Assembly (NCBI GenBank): GCA_029239785.1
Contig: JARBUG010000010.1
Span: 287 to 64,286, forward strand
Length of the DNA stretch: 64,000 nucleotides
Reading direction: 5' to 3'
Source: Symbiobacteriaceae bacterium
GTDB lineage: Bacteria > Bacillota > Sulfobacillia > Symbiobacteriales > Symbiobacteriaceae
Part shown: one piece after another, positions 34,111 through 41,908 of the stretch
Layout of the letters: the number at the start of each line of letters is the position of its first letter
Position numbering within the stretch: the stretch's first letter is position 1
Program-made: the position numbers and the translations under genes
The notes under the pieces: model-generated
Told to the model about the DNA's origin: nothing
Database searches by the model: none
Seen by the model: only the letters and a program-made list of their open reading frames with translations

Positions 34111-35777
34111 CCTGCCACCACCTCCTCCGGGCCGGACTGGAGCGACAGGACCTGCCCGGCACGCCGCAGTGTCGACAGCCTGTGGGCAATAAGGATCGCT
34201 GTCCGGCCCAGGAGGAGCCGGTCGATGGCCTGCTCCAGCCGCTGTTCGGTAACGGGGTCGAGCCGGGAGGAGGCCTCATCCAAAATGACGAGGCCCGGAT
34301 CTTTCAGGAAGACACGTGCGAAGGCGAGCAGCTGGGCCTCGCCCGCCGAGAGGCCGCCGCCAGATGCCAGCTCGGTATCGAGGCCGTTAGGAAGGGAGGC
34401 CGCCCACTCCCGCAGGCCCAGCTCATCGAGTGCCGCCCAGATGCGGCTGTCGGCGACGGTGGCATCGAACAGGGTCAGGTTGTCGCGCAGAGTGCCGCGG
34501 AAGATCTGCACTTCCTGGGTCACCACGCCCACCCGCCGGCGCAGGTCGGCGAGGCGGACCGAGCGCACATCGACGCCACCGAGGCGGATGCTGCCGCCGA
34601 CCGGGTCATAAAGGCGTGCCACCAGCCGGGCAAGGGTCGATTTGCCGATGCCGGTCCGCCCCCGCACGCCCAGCACCTCGCCGGGCTTCAGGGCAAAGGA
34701 GAGGTTCTCGAGCACGGGCACCCCGGGGATATATCCAAATGTCAGGCGGTCGACTGCGAGGGCCAGCGGCCCGTCGGGCAGCGGCGCCCCCTCCCCGTGC
34801 ACCGCCAGAGTGCTGCGCATGGCCAGCAGGTCGCCAATCCGGCTGATGCTGGCGCCGGCCCGGGCCAGGTCCTGCATCTGTTGGACGATCTGTTCGGTGG
34901 GACGCCGGAGTTGCTCCGTATAAAAGAAGATCATGTAAGCAGTGCCGACCGAAATGGCGCCCGCCCGTACCAGCGCAAGCCCGACGCCAAAGGCCGTGGA
35001 CGTGCCCACCGCCAGCAGCCCGAAGGAGACGACCAGCATGATGGCCATGCCGCGGCCGGCCTTCAGCTCGGCCTGCAGCCGGGTGCGAAGTGCCTGTACA
35101 AAGCCCAGTCGGACAGCGTGCTCGGCGCCGTTGGCCCGAATCTCCTCCAGCCCCGCCAGCCGTTCGCCCAAATAGCCGAAGAACTGGCTGCTGGCCTGCC
35201 GGGACGCCTGCCAGCCGGGCATGGCGCTGTGCCGGGTGCGCAGCAGCACCGTCAGGTGAAGCGCGGCGAAGCCCGACAGTGCCAGACCCGCCCGCCAGTC
35301 CACCGTGTAGAGAACTGCCAGGACGCCGGCCAGCAGGAGTGCGTTGGCGGCCACCTGCACCACGAAGGCGGAGAAGAAGTTGGCCAGCGGGGTCACGTCG
35401 CCATCGATGCGTTCGATCATTTCGCCGGCGGTGCGGTCCTTGTGATAGGAGAGATCGAGTCCCAGGAGATGCTCGGTCAGCTCGGCGCGCAGTTCGTTGG
35501 TCGCCCGCCAGCCGATCTCCTGACCGAGATACGTGGCCCACAGCGCCAGCAGTTGGTTGGCGATGGCCAGACCCAGGAAGAGCGCTGCCAGGGCGAGCAG
35601 GCGCAGGCCCGGCGTACCGGCCCCCGCCTGGTCAATAAACCGCTGGAGAACCGTGGGATAGTAAAGTTGCAGCCCGATGCCAGTCAGCAGCAAAATTCCC
35701 AGCAGCAGTACTTTCGGCCCCTGCGGCCGCAGGTATCGGCGCAGCAGGCGCCAGTATTGGGTCAGGGGGATCGACAT
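34107..35777 (-). CDS. ABC exporter, fused TMD-NBD subunit (heterodimer partner)
   Basis: 556 aa. GRTGIGKSTL, LSAGEAQL and LVILDEASSRLD. ATGA overlap with the downstream partner. Confidence 0.9.
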   Translation of the reverse strand: MSIPLTQYWRLLRRYLRPQGPKVLLLGILLLTGIGLQLYYPTVLQRFIDQAGAGTPGLRLLALAALFLGLAIANQLLALWATYLGQEIGWRATNELRAELTEHLLGLDLSYHKDRTAGEMIERIDGDVTPLANFFSAFVVQVAANALLLAGVLAVLYTVDWRAGLALSGFAALHLTVLLRTRHSAMPGWQASRQASSQFFGYLGERLAGLEEIRANGAEHAVRLGFVQALRTRLQAELKAGRGMAIMLVVSFGLLAVGTSTAFGVGLALVRAGAISVGTAYMIFFYTEQLRRPTEQIVQQMQDLARAGASISRIGDLLAMRSTLAVHGEGAPLPDGPLALAVDRLTFGYIPGVPVLENLSFALKPGEVLGVRGRTGIGKSTLARLVARLYDPVGGSIRLGGVDVRSVRLADLRRRVGVVTQEVQIFRGTLRDNLTLFDATVADSRIWAALDELGLREWAASLPNGLDTELASGGGLSAGEAQLLAFARVFLKDPGLVILDEASSRLDPVTEQRLEQAIDRLLLGRTAILIAHRLSTLRRAGQVLSLQSGPEEVVAG

Positions 35778-35789
35778 GGCCGGTTCCTC

Positions 35790-36821
35790 CTAACGGGCGG
35801 GGTGCGGTTCCTCGCCAGGGCCATCCAGAATGCGGCGGGCCGCTTCGATCCCATCGGCCGGGGCCACCCATTCGCCCGGCTGCCTGACCCATGGTTCAGT
35901 CACATAGAAGGGCTGCTTGAGAAAGGCCTCCAGGCGCTCGCCCCGCCGGTAGGTCAGCACTTCGGCGTCGGGAATGCGCTCGATGCCGCGCACCCGGGCC
36001 AGGGCGTGCAGTTCCCGGTACCGCCGGTAGAGCCTGCGGGCCCGCTGCTGGAGCGTCATGTGCGTCTGGTCGGCGTAGGCCCCTTCGAGGATGATCGATG
36101 TGGAGCCAACCGGGTCGATGGCCGGGAAGACGCTCCGGGCCGCCAGGTCGGCATCGAAACGCCAGAGTGTCTCCAGGGGGCCGTAGGGAACCTCTTCATC
36201 CGGCGACTCGCCGCGGGGGTCGACCAGTGCGAAGGTGACCGCATGGCCCGCCCCCCCGGCGAGGCGGGCACGGAGTTCGTCCAACTCCCCGGAAAGGACC
36301 ATCGCCCGGTCGGTCGCCACGAGGACTTCTCTGTCTTTCTGCCAGGCCTTGACCTGTTCTTCCGCCGCCGCCAGGGAATGGGCCACCACCTCTGCTTCGG
36401 GGAGGACGTCCTGAAGGTCAGGATGAAACTCGGCGGGCAGCCAGAGCACCGTGCCATACCCACGCTGGCGGAGCCGGTGGAGCAACTCGGAGAGCACGAC
36501 CATCTGGCCCATGCCTGTGCGGGCGACCAACCCGACGGTGCCCCCCCGCACCAGTGGTGCGAACAGGTCGATCACTTTGATGCCCGTCTCGACCATGGTG
36601 GAACCGGGCCCCCGTATCACCAGGTCGTCCAGCGTGCACCCGGCCAAATCGGCCAACGCGACCAGGGTTCGGACTTCGGCACGCCCGAGCGGAATCTTGC
36701 CGTTGCACAGGTCGGAGACGGTTGCGGAACGCAGGCCCACACTGCGGGCGGCCACCGTCAGGTTCGGGACCAGGCGCCGCAACAGTTGTACGTTGAGTTG
36801 CAGGTCATCAGCCAAGACCAA
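35790..36821 (-). CDS. XRE-type HTH fused to a degenerate F1-ATPase beta-subunit-like domain
   Basis: HTH: SVGLRSATVSDLCNGKIPLGRAEVRTLVALADLAG. Beta-like blocks: ETGIKVIDLFAPLVRGGTVGLVARTGMGQM (P-loop GGAGVGKT lost), SVFPAIDPVGSTS and FLKQPFYVTEPW. Start is probably TTG 36821 or 36815. Confidence 0.75.
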   Translation of the reverse strand: MVLADDLQLNVQLLRRLVPNLTVAARSVGLRSATVSDLCNGKIPLGRAEVRTLVALADLAGCTLDDLVIRGPGSTMVETGIKVIDLFAPLVRGGTVGLVARTGMGQMVVLSELLHRLRQRGYGTVLWLPAEFHPDLQDVLPEAEVVAHSLAAAEEQVKAWQKDREVLVATDRAMVLSGELDELRARLAGGAGHAVTFALVDPRGESPDEEVPYGPLETLWRFDADLAARSVFPAIDPVGSTSIILEGAYADQTHMTLQQRARRLYRRYRELHALARVRGIERIPDAEVLTYRRGERLEAFLKQPFYVTEPWVRQPGEWVAPADGIEAARRILDGPGEEPHPAR

Positions 36822-36848
36822 CCCCCCCTTTCCTCTGTAGCGTAACTC

Positions 36849-36858
36849 AACGTACGTT
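36849..36858. promoter_or_regulatory. Perfect 10-bp palindrome AACGTACGTT (candidate operator)
   Basis: It lies between TTGCAT (-35-like) and TACGCT (-10-like), upstream of the HTH-beta gene. Confidence 0.3.
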
Positions 36859-36897
36859 ACAATGCAATCCCATTGAAAGACATAGCTGCTATGCGCG

Positions 36898-36924
36898 AAA
36901 AAGACCGCCGGAATGCCGGCGGCC
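36898..36924 (-). terminator. Intrinsic terminator after the STAND-SARP gene
   Basis: GGCCGCCGG-cauu-CCGGCGGUC followed by UUUUU. Confidence 0.7.
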
Positions 36925-36938
36925 CTCGTCACGGCCTG

Positions 36939-39683
36939 CTAGTCCAGCAGCCGTCGGTAGAGTTCCTGGGTGCGGGGGCCGGGTTCGAGGCCCAGTTCAT
37001 CGTCGAGCAGGCGGGCGATGGTGCGGTATTGCTGGAGCGCCGCACTCCGATTGCCCAGGGCGGCGTAGGCGGTCATGAGGCCGAGGTGTGCTTCTTCATC
37101 CAACGGGTCGACTTGCAGCAGGAGTTGCAGCGCTTGGGCGGCGTCAGCGTGGCGGGCGGCGGCGGCGCAGTGGACAGCGATTTGGCGCAGGGTCTGCTGG
37201 TAGAGCAGGCGGGCGCGGGCACGGGGCGCCGCTGCCCATGGGTAGTCGAGTCCTTCGGCCAGGTCGCCGCGGTATAGGTCGGCCGCCTTTCGCCAGTCGG
37301 TTTCCGCTTCGGCAGCAGCGAGTTGTTCAAACTGCTCAATGTCAACCGTCAGGTTGGTGCGCTCCATGCGGTAGGCTCCGCCGGCGAAGGTGACCAGCCC
37401 CTCGCCCGGGGCGCCCAGGGTGGAGCGGAGGTTGTAAAGCGTGGTGTGGAGCAGGGTGCGGGCGGCGTCGAAGTCGAGGTCGGGCCAGAGGGCTTCGATC
37501 ACCTGGTCGCGGGGGATGGGGCGGCTGCCCTGCAGCACGAAGTAGGCGAGCAGGTCCCTTGCCTTGGTGGTGCGCCACCGGGGCAGGGGGCGCCCGCCGA
37601 TGGTGACGGTGATGGGGCCCAGCAGGGAGACGGTCAGGCGCGGGGTGGTGCTTTCAGCAGCAGATGCGGAGCCGGGGGCTGGGGTTGTGGCTGCGGCCCC
37701 GGCTCCGGCGGGCTCGGCGGTTGCTGCGGCGGGTGTTGCCCGCAGCAGGGCCTGATAGGCCAGGAGCGCAGCGTCCCTCACCGCAGGGTCATCATCATGC
37801 AACAGGCTGCGGACCGCCTCCGTCGCCGCTTCCCCTCCGGTTACGGACAACGGATAGAGTGCAGCCTGCCGAGCCCGGGGCTCTGGCTGACGGGTCATCT
37901 CCAGGAGCGCCGGCAGCGCCCGCCCACCCATCCGGATGAGTAACTCCTGGCAGAACGGTGCCTCCACGCCCCGAGCCAGGGCGTCCGCAATCAGCCCCGC
38001 CGCCGCCACACGGGGAGCGACCAGGTGCTGCAGATACCCTTCGGCCGCGGCGTATCCCAGCGCCCTGTCAAACGAGCGCCGGGCCTCATCCAACTTGCCT
38101 TCGGCCCAGGCCTTGCGGGCAAAGAGCGTCAGTAGATAATGCAGATAGAAGTTCGCTTCGATCGATGAATGATAGGCAAACGAGGCGACGAGCAGGCGCT
38201 CGGCCGCAGCGTGGTCGCCCCAGGCGACCAGCGCAGCCGCCAACACCATGCCGGTGCAGGCTTCCAGAAAGCGGAACCGGCCACGGGCGGTTCCATAGGC
38301 CGCTTCGGCCAGGCGCCGGAAGGTGGGCATATCGCCGCGGGTCGCCGCCACCAGCGCCCGCTGGCAGGTGGCGGTGATGCCGATGGGCAGGTTGGCCGAG
38401 AAAGTCTGGTGGAGACGCTCGGCCTCGCTTAGGTGCTCCTCTGCCTCCTCAAGGCGGCCCCGGTCCAGAGAGACCTCTCCATAGGTCAGGTGGGCCATGG
38501 CCAGGGCGGTCAGGTCGCCCCGGTTTGCCCGGGCCTCCAGGCAGCGGCGGGCCAGGGCCTCCGCCTCGTCGAGGCGTCCCTGATCGCGCAGGAGGATGAC
38601 TTTGCTGTGGGCGCCCGCCAGTTCGAGCATGGGGTCGATCTCAAACGCCTGCCGATACCACTCCGTAGCGAGCGCGTACTGCCCCAGCACGACGCTGATC
38701 TCCCCCAAGAGCATGGCGGCTGCGGCCATGACGGGCCGGTCGCCGCGGCCCCGGGCGGCGTCCCATACGACGGTGGCCCGCTCGCGGGCCGCGGGCGGGT
38801 GGTCGCAGTAGAGCATGTGAATCTCGCCCAACTCGGTCCAGAGTTGCTCGGCGCCAGGCTGTCCCACGGAGAACTGGTGGGCGAAGGCTGTGAGGCTGAG
38901 GTTGCCGGCGAGCCATTCGCCCACCAGGCTCTTGGCAATTTCGGTGGGGACGTGGCCGGGCAGTTCGGCCAGCATCCGGGAGGTGATAGCTGGCCGCCAG
39001 CCGGCGCCGTGCTGGCGCCAGAGGTCCAGGGCCAGGGGGAAGCCGCCCGTTTTGGTCCAGCACTCTTCCCAGTCGGACTGGGCGCCCAGGAGCGCCGACG
39101 CCTCCTGCCGCGTGAAGGCCAGGTCGGCTGCCAGCAGGGTGCGGCAGTCGGCGCCCGGGTCGACGGGAAGGGGCGCCCGGGTGCTGAGGAGAAGGTGGAG
39201 TTCAGGCGGGGCGTAGCGGAGGAGTAAGGTCAGGAAGTCGGCGAGCCAGGGCTGGCCGAAGGCGGCCTCCAGGCCGTCGAGGGCGAGGATGATGGGGGGG
39301 CGGACGGCGGCCTCGGCGACGAGGTCGGCGGCGAGGTCGGCCACCGGGGCCGGGGCCACCGGGGCCGGGGCCACCGGGGCCGGGGCGCCGACCTCGGGCA
39401 CTGCCCAGTCCGGCCAAACCCGTGCGAACGCCGCACCCAGATGCACGACCAGGGCGCCCCCGCCCTCCCTGTCCTGCGCATCCAGCCGGTAGTAAACGAA
39501 GGGCAGCCCAGTGGCAGGCAACCACTGGGCCAGGAATGCGGTCTTCCCTGCGCCGGCCGGCGCTTGCAGCAGCAGCGCCCGGGGCGGGGCGCCGACGGCA
39601 TCGAGCAGCCGCGGCCGAGGGAGATACCCTGCGCAAGATGGGAGCATCAGCTTGGTGCGAAAGATCCGCTGCACGACGTTCAC
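36939..39683 (-). CDS. MalT-like STAND ATPase - TPR - HEAT - C-terminal SARP (OmpR-type wHTH + BTAD) regulator
   Basis: N-terminus RTKLMLPS..PRPRLL..LLLQAPAGAGKTAFLAQW. HEAT-like LLHDDDPAVRDAALLAY. C-terminus LLGPITVTIGGRPLP..KARDLLAYFVL..LYRGDLAEGL..AHLGLMTAYAALGNRSAALQQY (SARP/BTAD hallmarks). Confidence 0.8.
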   Translation of the reverse strand: MNVVQRIFRTKLMLPSCAGYLPRPRLLDAVGAPPRALLLQAPAGAGKTAFLAQWLPATGLPFVYYRLDAQDREGGGALVVHLGAAFARVWPDWAVPEVGAPAPVAPAPVAPAPVADLAADLVAEAAVRPPIILALDGLEAAFGQPWLADFLTLLLRYAPPELHLLLSTRAPLPVDPGADCRTLLAADLAFTRQEASALLGAQSDWEECWTKTGGFPLALDLWRQHGAGWRPAITSRMLAELPGHVPTEIAKSLVGEWLAGNLSLTAFAHQFSVGQPGAEQLWTELGEIHMLYCDHPPAARERATVVWDAARGRGDRPVMAAAAMLLGEISVVLGQYALATEWYRQAFEIDPMLELAGAHSKVILLRDQGRLDEAEALARRCLEARANRGDLTALAMAHLTYGEVSLDRGRLEEAEEHLSEAERLHQTFSANLPIGITATCQRALVAATRGDMPTFRRLAEAAYGTARGRFRFLEACTGMVLAAALVAWGDHAAAERLLVASFAYHSSIEANFYLHYLLTLFARKAWAEGKLDEARRSFDRALGYAAAEGYLQHLVAPRVAAAGLIADALARGVEAPFCQELLIRMGGRALPALLEMTRQPEPRARQAALYPLSVTGGEAATEAVRSLLHDDDPAVRDAALLAYQALLRATPAAATAEPAGAGAAATTPAPGSASAAESTTPRLTVSLLGPITVTIGGRPLPRWRTTKARDLLAYFVLQGSRPIPRDQVIEALWPDLDFDAARTLLHTTLYNLRSTLGAPGEGLVTFAGGAYRMERTNLTVDIEQFEQLAAAEAETDWRKAADLYRGDLAEGLDYPWAAAPRARARLLYQQTLRQIAVHCAAAARHADAAQALQLLLQVDPLDEEAHLGLMTAYAALGNRSAALQQYRTIARLLDDELGLEPGPRTQELYRRLLD
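39341..39385. repeat. 3 x 15-bp in-frame tandem repeat (APAPV x3) inside the regulator gene
   Basis: CCACCGGGGCCGGGG repeated three times. Confidence 0.9.
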
Positions 39684-39744
39684 CTACCTGTTGTCGTGCA
39701 GATTCTCCTTTGGGCATCAAGTCCCTGCCGGTACCCGGAAAAAA

Positions 39745-39940
39745 GCTATCGGTCCGTTTTTGTACAGCTTGACGCACCAGATTTGCTCAGGTTCGGACTG
39801 ATGAAGGCCGCAGACGCAGCAATCGCCCTCACGGGGACGAGCTTTCACCTCATCGGAAGGGCAGTTATTGCGTCTGCGGCCTCGATCGATCCATTTGCGT
39901 CCAGATGCGTCAAGAGACGTGGACTCAAACGGACCGAAGC
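39745..39940. repeat. Long palindromic element, copy D of the ATCGGTCYGTTTTT family
   Basis: ~85-bp imperfect inverted arms (ATCGGTCCGTTTTTGTAC...GAAGGCCGCAGACGCA / TGCGTCTGCGGCCTC...CAAACGGACCGA) around a ~40-nt spacer. Confidence 0.75.
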
Positions 39941-39994
39941 ATACGCATCCCTACGGTGCAGTCGGCTGACAGCTTGTTTGGCGCCCTGCCGGGC

Positions 39995-40498
39995 CTACAT
40001 CTGCCCCGTCGTAATCTGGATCACCTGGGTCTGGGCCACCACAGCCTGCGCCACCGCATTCACGACCGATTGGATATCGGCCAAGAGCTGCTGTGCAGCC
40101 GCCAAGCCAACGGCGACGGCGCCGCCCATCGCCTGGGCTTGCGTCAGGAGTTGCTGCACGGCACGCAAGGTCGCATTCAGGCTGGCCCGCGCCTGCGCCA
40201 GCACGTTGGCAATTTGCATCTGCCGGGCCCGCACCCGAATATCGATGTCACCCCGGATGCGCACCATCGCCTGCTGCATCTGCCGGACCCGGGCCTGCAC
40301 CACGGCCTCCGCAGCCTGCTGGACCTGTAGGGAGATCGCCTGCAACTGCTGCGCTGAGAGCGCAACGTTGGACTGCCCCGCGGCCTGGGCAGCGGCAATC
40401 GCCTGCTGAAGGGCCTGGACGGTCAGGGAGAGGCTGCTCTGCGCCTGGGCGAGAAGCGCGACCACCTGCATCTGCGTGATGTTGATGTTGAGGTTCAT
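39995..40498 (-). CDS. 167-aa Gln/Ala-rich protein with an internal duplication, unknown function
   Basis: ATG 40498 after AAAGGAGG. MNLNINITQMQVVALLAQAQSSLSLTVQALQQ... Two ~55-aa repeats flank RVRQMQQAMVRIRGDIDIRVRARQMQ. No Lys, Cys, aromatic or Pro residues. Confidence 0.65.
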   Translation of the reverse strand: MNLNINITQMQVVALLAQAQSSLSLTVQALQQAIAAAQAAGQSNVALSAQQLQAISLQVQQAAEAVVQARVRQMQQAMVRIRGDIDIRVRARQMQIANVLAQARASLNATLRAVQQLLTQAQAMGGAVAVGLAAAQQLLADIQSVVNAVAQAVVAQTQVIQITTGQM

Positions 40499-40616
40499 GG
40501 CAGCCGGGCCTCCTTTCAAGGCATGATGGAGCCCGTCCGTATCAGCATATGTGCAACCTGAGGGTTCGGCCCCCATACAGAAAAGCGCCCACCTGCCTAA
40601 TGCAGGTGGACGCTTC

Positions 40617-40862
40617 GACGGTCCGTTTTTCTGTGGCGCTGGCGGAGGGCTCTCCGTCTGTCTTGATCGATTGCAGGAGGAATCGGTTGAAAGAAATGGA
40701 CGGAGACGGCGCATGGCAGACGGTCATCAGCAAGATTAGCCGATTTTCGACCCGTTTTTGGAGCGATTTCTACTCCACCAGTGCCCCGTCAGCCCGGGCG
40801 ACGCCGTGCTCCGTCTCTCTTTTTCGGTGAGCACCGGGGCCAGCCAAAAGAAACGGACGGAG
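40617..40862. repeat. Cluster of CCGTCYGT...ACGGACGG hairpins (same repeat family flavour)
   Basis: CTCCGTCTGTCTTGATCGATT / AATCGGTTGAAAGAAATGGACGGAG and CTCCGTCTCTCTTTTTCGG / CCAAAAGAAACGGACGGAG, plus GACGGTCCGTTTTTCTGT. Confidence 0.6.
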
Positions 40863-40942
40863 GCGGGGCGACACGGCGGCCCGGCGGCCCGGCGACCCTG
40901 GCCCGGCGGCCCCGGCCCCGGCCCGGTGGCGCCAGCGTCGCC

Positions 40943-41908
40943 CTACCCCCAGTAGGGCGCCCGGTCCGGGGCCACCGACGGCCCCGTCACCAGCCTGGCC
41001 CCCTCGGCGGCCAGACCCAACATCAGCGACCTCGCATCGCTGCCGGCCCACGCAAAGGCCCCCTCCATCGCCCTCGCCACCGGCTCGGCGTGCCCCGGCT
41101 CCACGAACGCAATCACACTCGGCCCGGCCCCGCTCAGCGCCACACCCTTGGCCCCGGCATCCAGGGCCGCCTCAAAGACCGCCCGCAGCCCCGGCACCAA
41201 CGACGCCCGGTACGGCTGATGCAGCCGGTCCTGCGTCGCAACACCCAGCAAATCCACCCGCCCCTGGGCCAGCGCCGCCACCAGCAGCGCCGTCCGGTTC
41301 AAGTTGTAGACCGCGTCCTTCAGCGACACCTCGGTCGGCAGCACGCCCCGGGACTTCTCGGTCTTCTTCCCGGTAATCGGCAACTCGGGCATCACCACCA
41401 CGGCCCGCAGGGCCCGGGGCGGGTCGAAGCGCACATGCAGCGGTCCCCGAACCTCATCCATACAAGATACCGTAAAGCCCCCGACCATCGCGGGCGTCAC
41501 ATTATCGGGATGCCCTTCAATCGCCACGGCCATCCGGAGCAGCTCCTCCCGGTCCAGGCCCGGGCGCCCGGTCATCTGCTCCACCAGGGCGTTGGCCGCC
41601 ACCAGGCCGCCCACGATGGCGGCAGCGCTGGAGCCCATGCCCCGGGCGACGGGAATGGCGACCTGCTCGGAAATCCGCAGCCCGTGCGGCTGATAGCCCA
41701 GCCGGTCGAAGACCCGCAGGGCTGCCTGATAGACCATGTTGCTCTCAGGTCGCAAAAGCGCCTCGTGCTGCTGGTCGACCTCAATCACCACATCGAGGAT
41801 GCCCGTCTCTTCCATCTCGATGACGTTCCGCAGTTCGAGCGCGACGCCCAGCGTGTCGAACCCCGGGCCCAGGTTAGCGCTGGTGGCAGGCACAGTTACC
41901 TTGACCAT
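40943..41908 (-). CDS. thrB: Homoserine kinase
   Basis: [18 protein letters not shown] and GMGSSAAAIVGG motifs. Confidence 0.9.
   Translation of the reverse strand: MVKVTVPATSANLGPGFDTLGVALELRNVIEMEETGILDVVIEVDQQHEALLRPESNMVYQAALRVFDRLGYQPHGLRISEQVAIPVARGMGSSAAAIVGGLVAANALVEQMTGRPGLDREELLRMAVAIEGHPDNVTPAMVGGFTVSCMDEVRGPLHVRFDPPRALRAVVVMPELPITGKKTEKSRGVLPTEVSLKDAVYNLNRTALLVAALAQGRVDLLGVATQDRLHQPYRASLVPGLRAVFEAALDAGAKGVALSGAGPSVIAFVEPGHAEPVARAMEGAFAWAGSDARSLMLGLAAEGARLVTGPSVAPDRAPYWG

Noticed and set aside
39441-40409. 322-aa Cys-rich ORF on the plus strand.
   Set aside because: It is the antisense reading of the Gln/Ala-rich gene (GCN/CAG codons read as Cys/Leu/Ala), has no RBS, and spans a palindromic repeat and an intergenic region.
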